Below, piece by piece: positions 62,881 through 64,000 of a stretch of DNA of 64,000 nt. Both the position numbers and the translations under genes were made by a program. The stretch spans positions 2,571,130-2,635,129 of the forward strand of contig MU054391.1 of the NCBI GenBank assembly GCA_013239625.1. Reading direction: 5' to 3'. Below the pieces are notes generated by a model that saw nothing but the letters and a program-made list of their open reading frames with translations, made no database searches and was not told the origin of the DNA. Source of the DNA: Lama guanicoe. Lineage: Eukaryota. The first letter of the stretch is position 1; each line of letters begins with the position of its first letter.

Positions 62881-62985
62881 AAATATAGAATATGTCACAA
62901 ATTTACGTGTCATCCTTGCTTAGGGGCCAGGCTAACTGTCTCCGTATCATTCGAATTTTAGTGTATGTGCTGCCAAAGTGAGCTC
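62881..62985 (-). pseudogene. RNU6: U6 snRNA retropseudogene (full length, diverged)
   Basis: The reverse complement gctcactttggcagcacatacactaaaattcgaatgatacggagacagttagcctggcccctaagcaaggatgacacgtaaatttgtgacatattctatattt aligns end to end with U6. The ACAGAGA box is mutated to ACGGAGA. TSD tgcttggtcattttt (62864-62878) and tgcttggtaagtttt (62986-63000). Confidence 0.95.
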
Positions 62986-63061
62986 TGCTTGGTAAGTTTT
63001 GGTTGGATACCAGAGTTTGAATAACTTTCCTGTGCACACCCAGGACTCGTACCAGAATGCA

Positions 63062-63415
63062 TTGTCGGAGAGCTGCTGAACTCGGGTCCAGCTGCTCACG
63101 GCTCAGGAGACAAGTGTTGTAGGAAAGGGAAGGCTGCTTTACTCAGGAGGCTGACAACCTGGGGAGAAGGTGGACTTGTGTCCAGGAACCAACTCCCATT
63201 GCTACTCAGGGACAAGAGCTTTTAAAGGGAAGTTTCGGGGGTGTGTGGGCAGAGGGAGGGGATGCCTGTGGAGCAGCCCAGTCAGTGCTGACGGTCACCT
63301 TGAAACTGGTCGTGCAGTGGGCTGAGCAGTTTTAAGTACAGTTAATCTTGAACTCCAGGCTCAGTTTGTGGCCATTTCCTTGAGGCCAGTTCTTGGAATT
63401 GTGCAAGATAGAGCA
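63062..63415 (-). mobile_element. ERV1 solo-LTR fragment, MER41-like cetartiodactyl family
   Basis: gggtccagctgctc...gctttactcaggaggctgacaacctggggagaaggtggact...aagagcttttaaagggaagtttc...ttttaagtacagttaatctt...ccatttccttgaggccagttcttggaattgtg matches recalled MER41_BT-like consensus. Confidence 0.75.
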
Positions 63416-64000
63416 CAAGCTTGCCTCTTCTTTCTTTAAACATAGTAAACATGTTTCATCTGTTCAGTTTAATAATAAACATGATTAATCTCTGGCTAAT
63501 CATTCCGATACATCAAGTCTTGATAGGCCGTTTCTTTGTGCCTTGTTTTCTTGATTCTTAATCATGTTGTCTTGTTTCCTTGTATACTAGCTGTTTTGGG
63601 TTTGTGTTATGACTGTGTTTTCAAAATCATTTGAAGGTGTAATTTGAGGGTTATAATGTTGTCCCTCTTTCCCATGGATGATACTCACTTGCACCTGTCT
63701 GCCGGGAAGCTGAGAGAGTTCTGCCCCAGGACCACCTTCGTACACATTCAGGCTTCAATGCCCCTGGGCATCGGACATTTCTGCCTGATGGCCGATTTCC
63801 CTCGGGCTGAGTTCATCTTCCCTGGAGGGGACAAACTTAAAGTGAATTATGATCAACAGAGCCCCCACCTGGAGACAGCCTTGAATTTAACCCGACCCAC
63901 CTGCCCTCCGAAGTTGCCAAGACGCAGCCTGTCTTCACATCTATTTCTTCCAGGCTCTCAGATGCCCTGGAGGTGTAAGTAGATATGAGTTTTGAAATTC

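Larger units (their letters stand above)
62084..63720 (-). mobile_element. Old L1M ORF1/5' region, interrupted by the U6 copy and the ERV1 LTR
   Basis: T-rich plus strand; ttcgctttcagaactttaaaggtgttgct...tttctaacaagaaatcggctgtcat...actccttggatctgtg...tcttcaagatcactaat...tctaatctgctggtaatcccatcca. Confidence 0.75.

Noticed and set aside
1..64000. Prokaryotic-type systems (CRISPR array, operon, defence island) or a novel multi-gene system
   Set aside because: The sequence is repeat-rich eutherian DNA with no regularly spaced repeat-spacer array and no dense long ORFs

Overview
This is mammalian (eutherian) genomic DNA. The recurrent young L1 3' tails (...gtgcaccagaaattgacacactgtaactgactatacttcaataaaa) match my recollection of camelid (Camelus/Vicugna/Lama) L1s, so the species assignment is an inference. 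The window is mostly intronic or intergenic and rich in repeats. Repeats include a full-length decayed Tigger1 nested in an MLT1A LTR, many L1/L2/L3/MIR fragments, MLT1/MLT2/LTR16 LTRs, MER5A/MER20/MER44/MER63/Tigger2a-type DNA elements, a U6 retropseudogene with target-site duplications (TSDs), and a MER41-like ERV1 LTR. The only credible host coding signal is three short minus-strand exons (19397-19533, 17766-17816, 320-433) that splice in phase 0 into one open frame running off the left edge. I tentatively recall these as upstream exons of a long TNIP3 (ABIN-3) isoform, which is unverified. Old repeats show a marked A/T-to-G/C shift with newly gained CpGs, suggesting GC-biased gene conversion. 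I found no prokaryotic-type system and no convincing novel multi-gene system. Repeat family names come from recalled consensus sequences, and most repeat boundaries are approximate (tens of bp).
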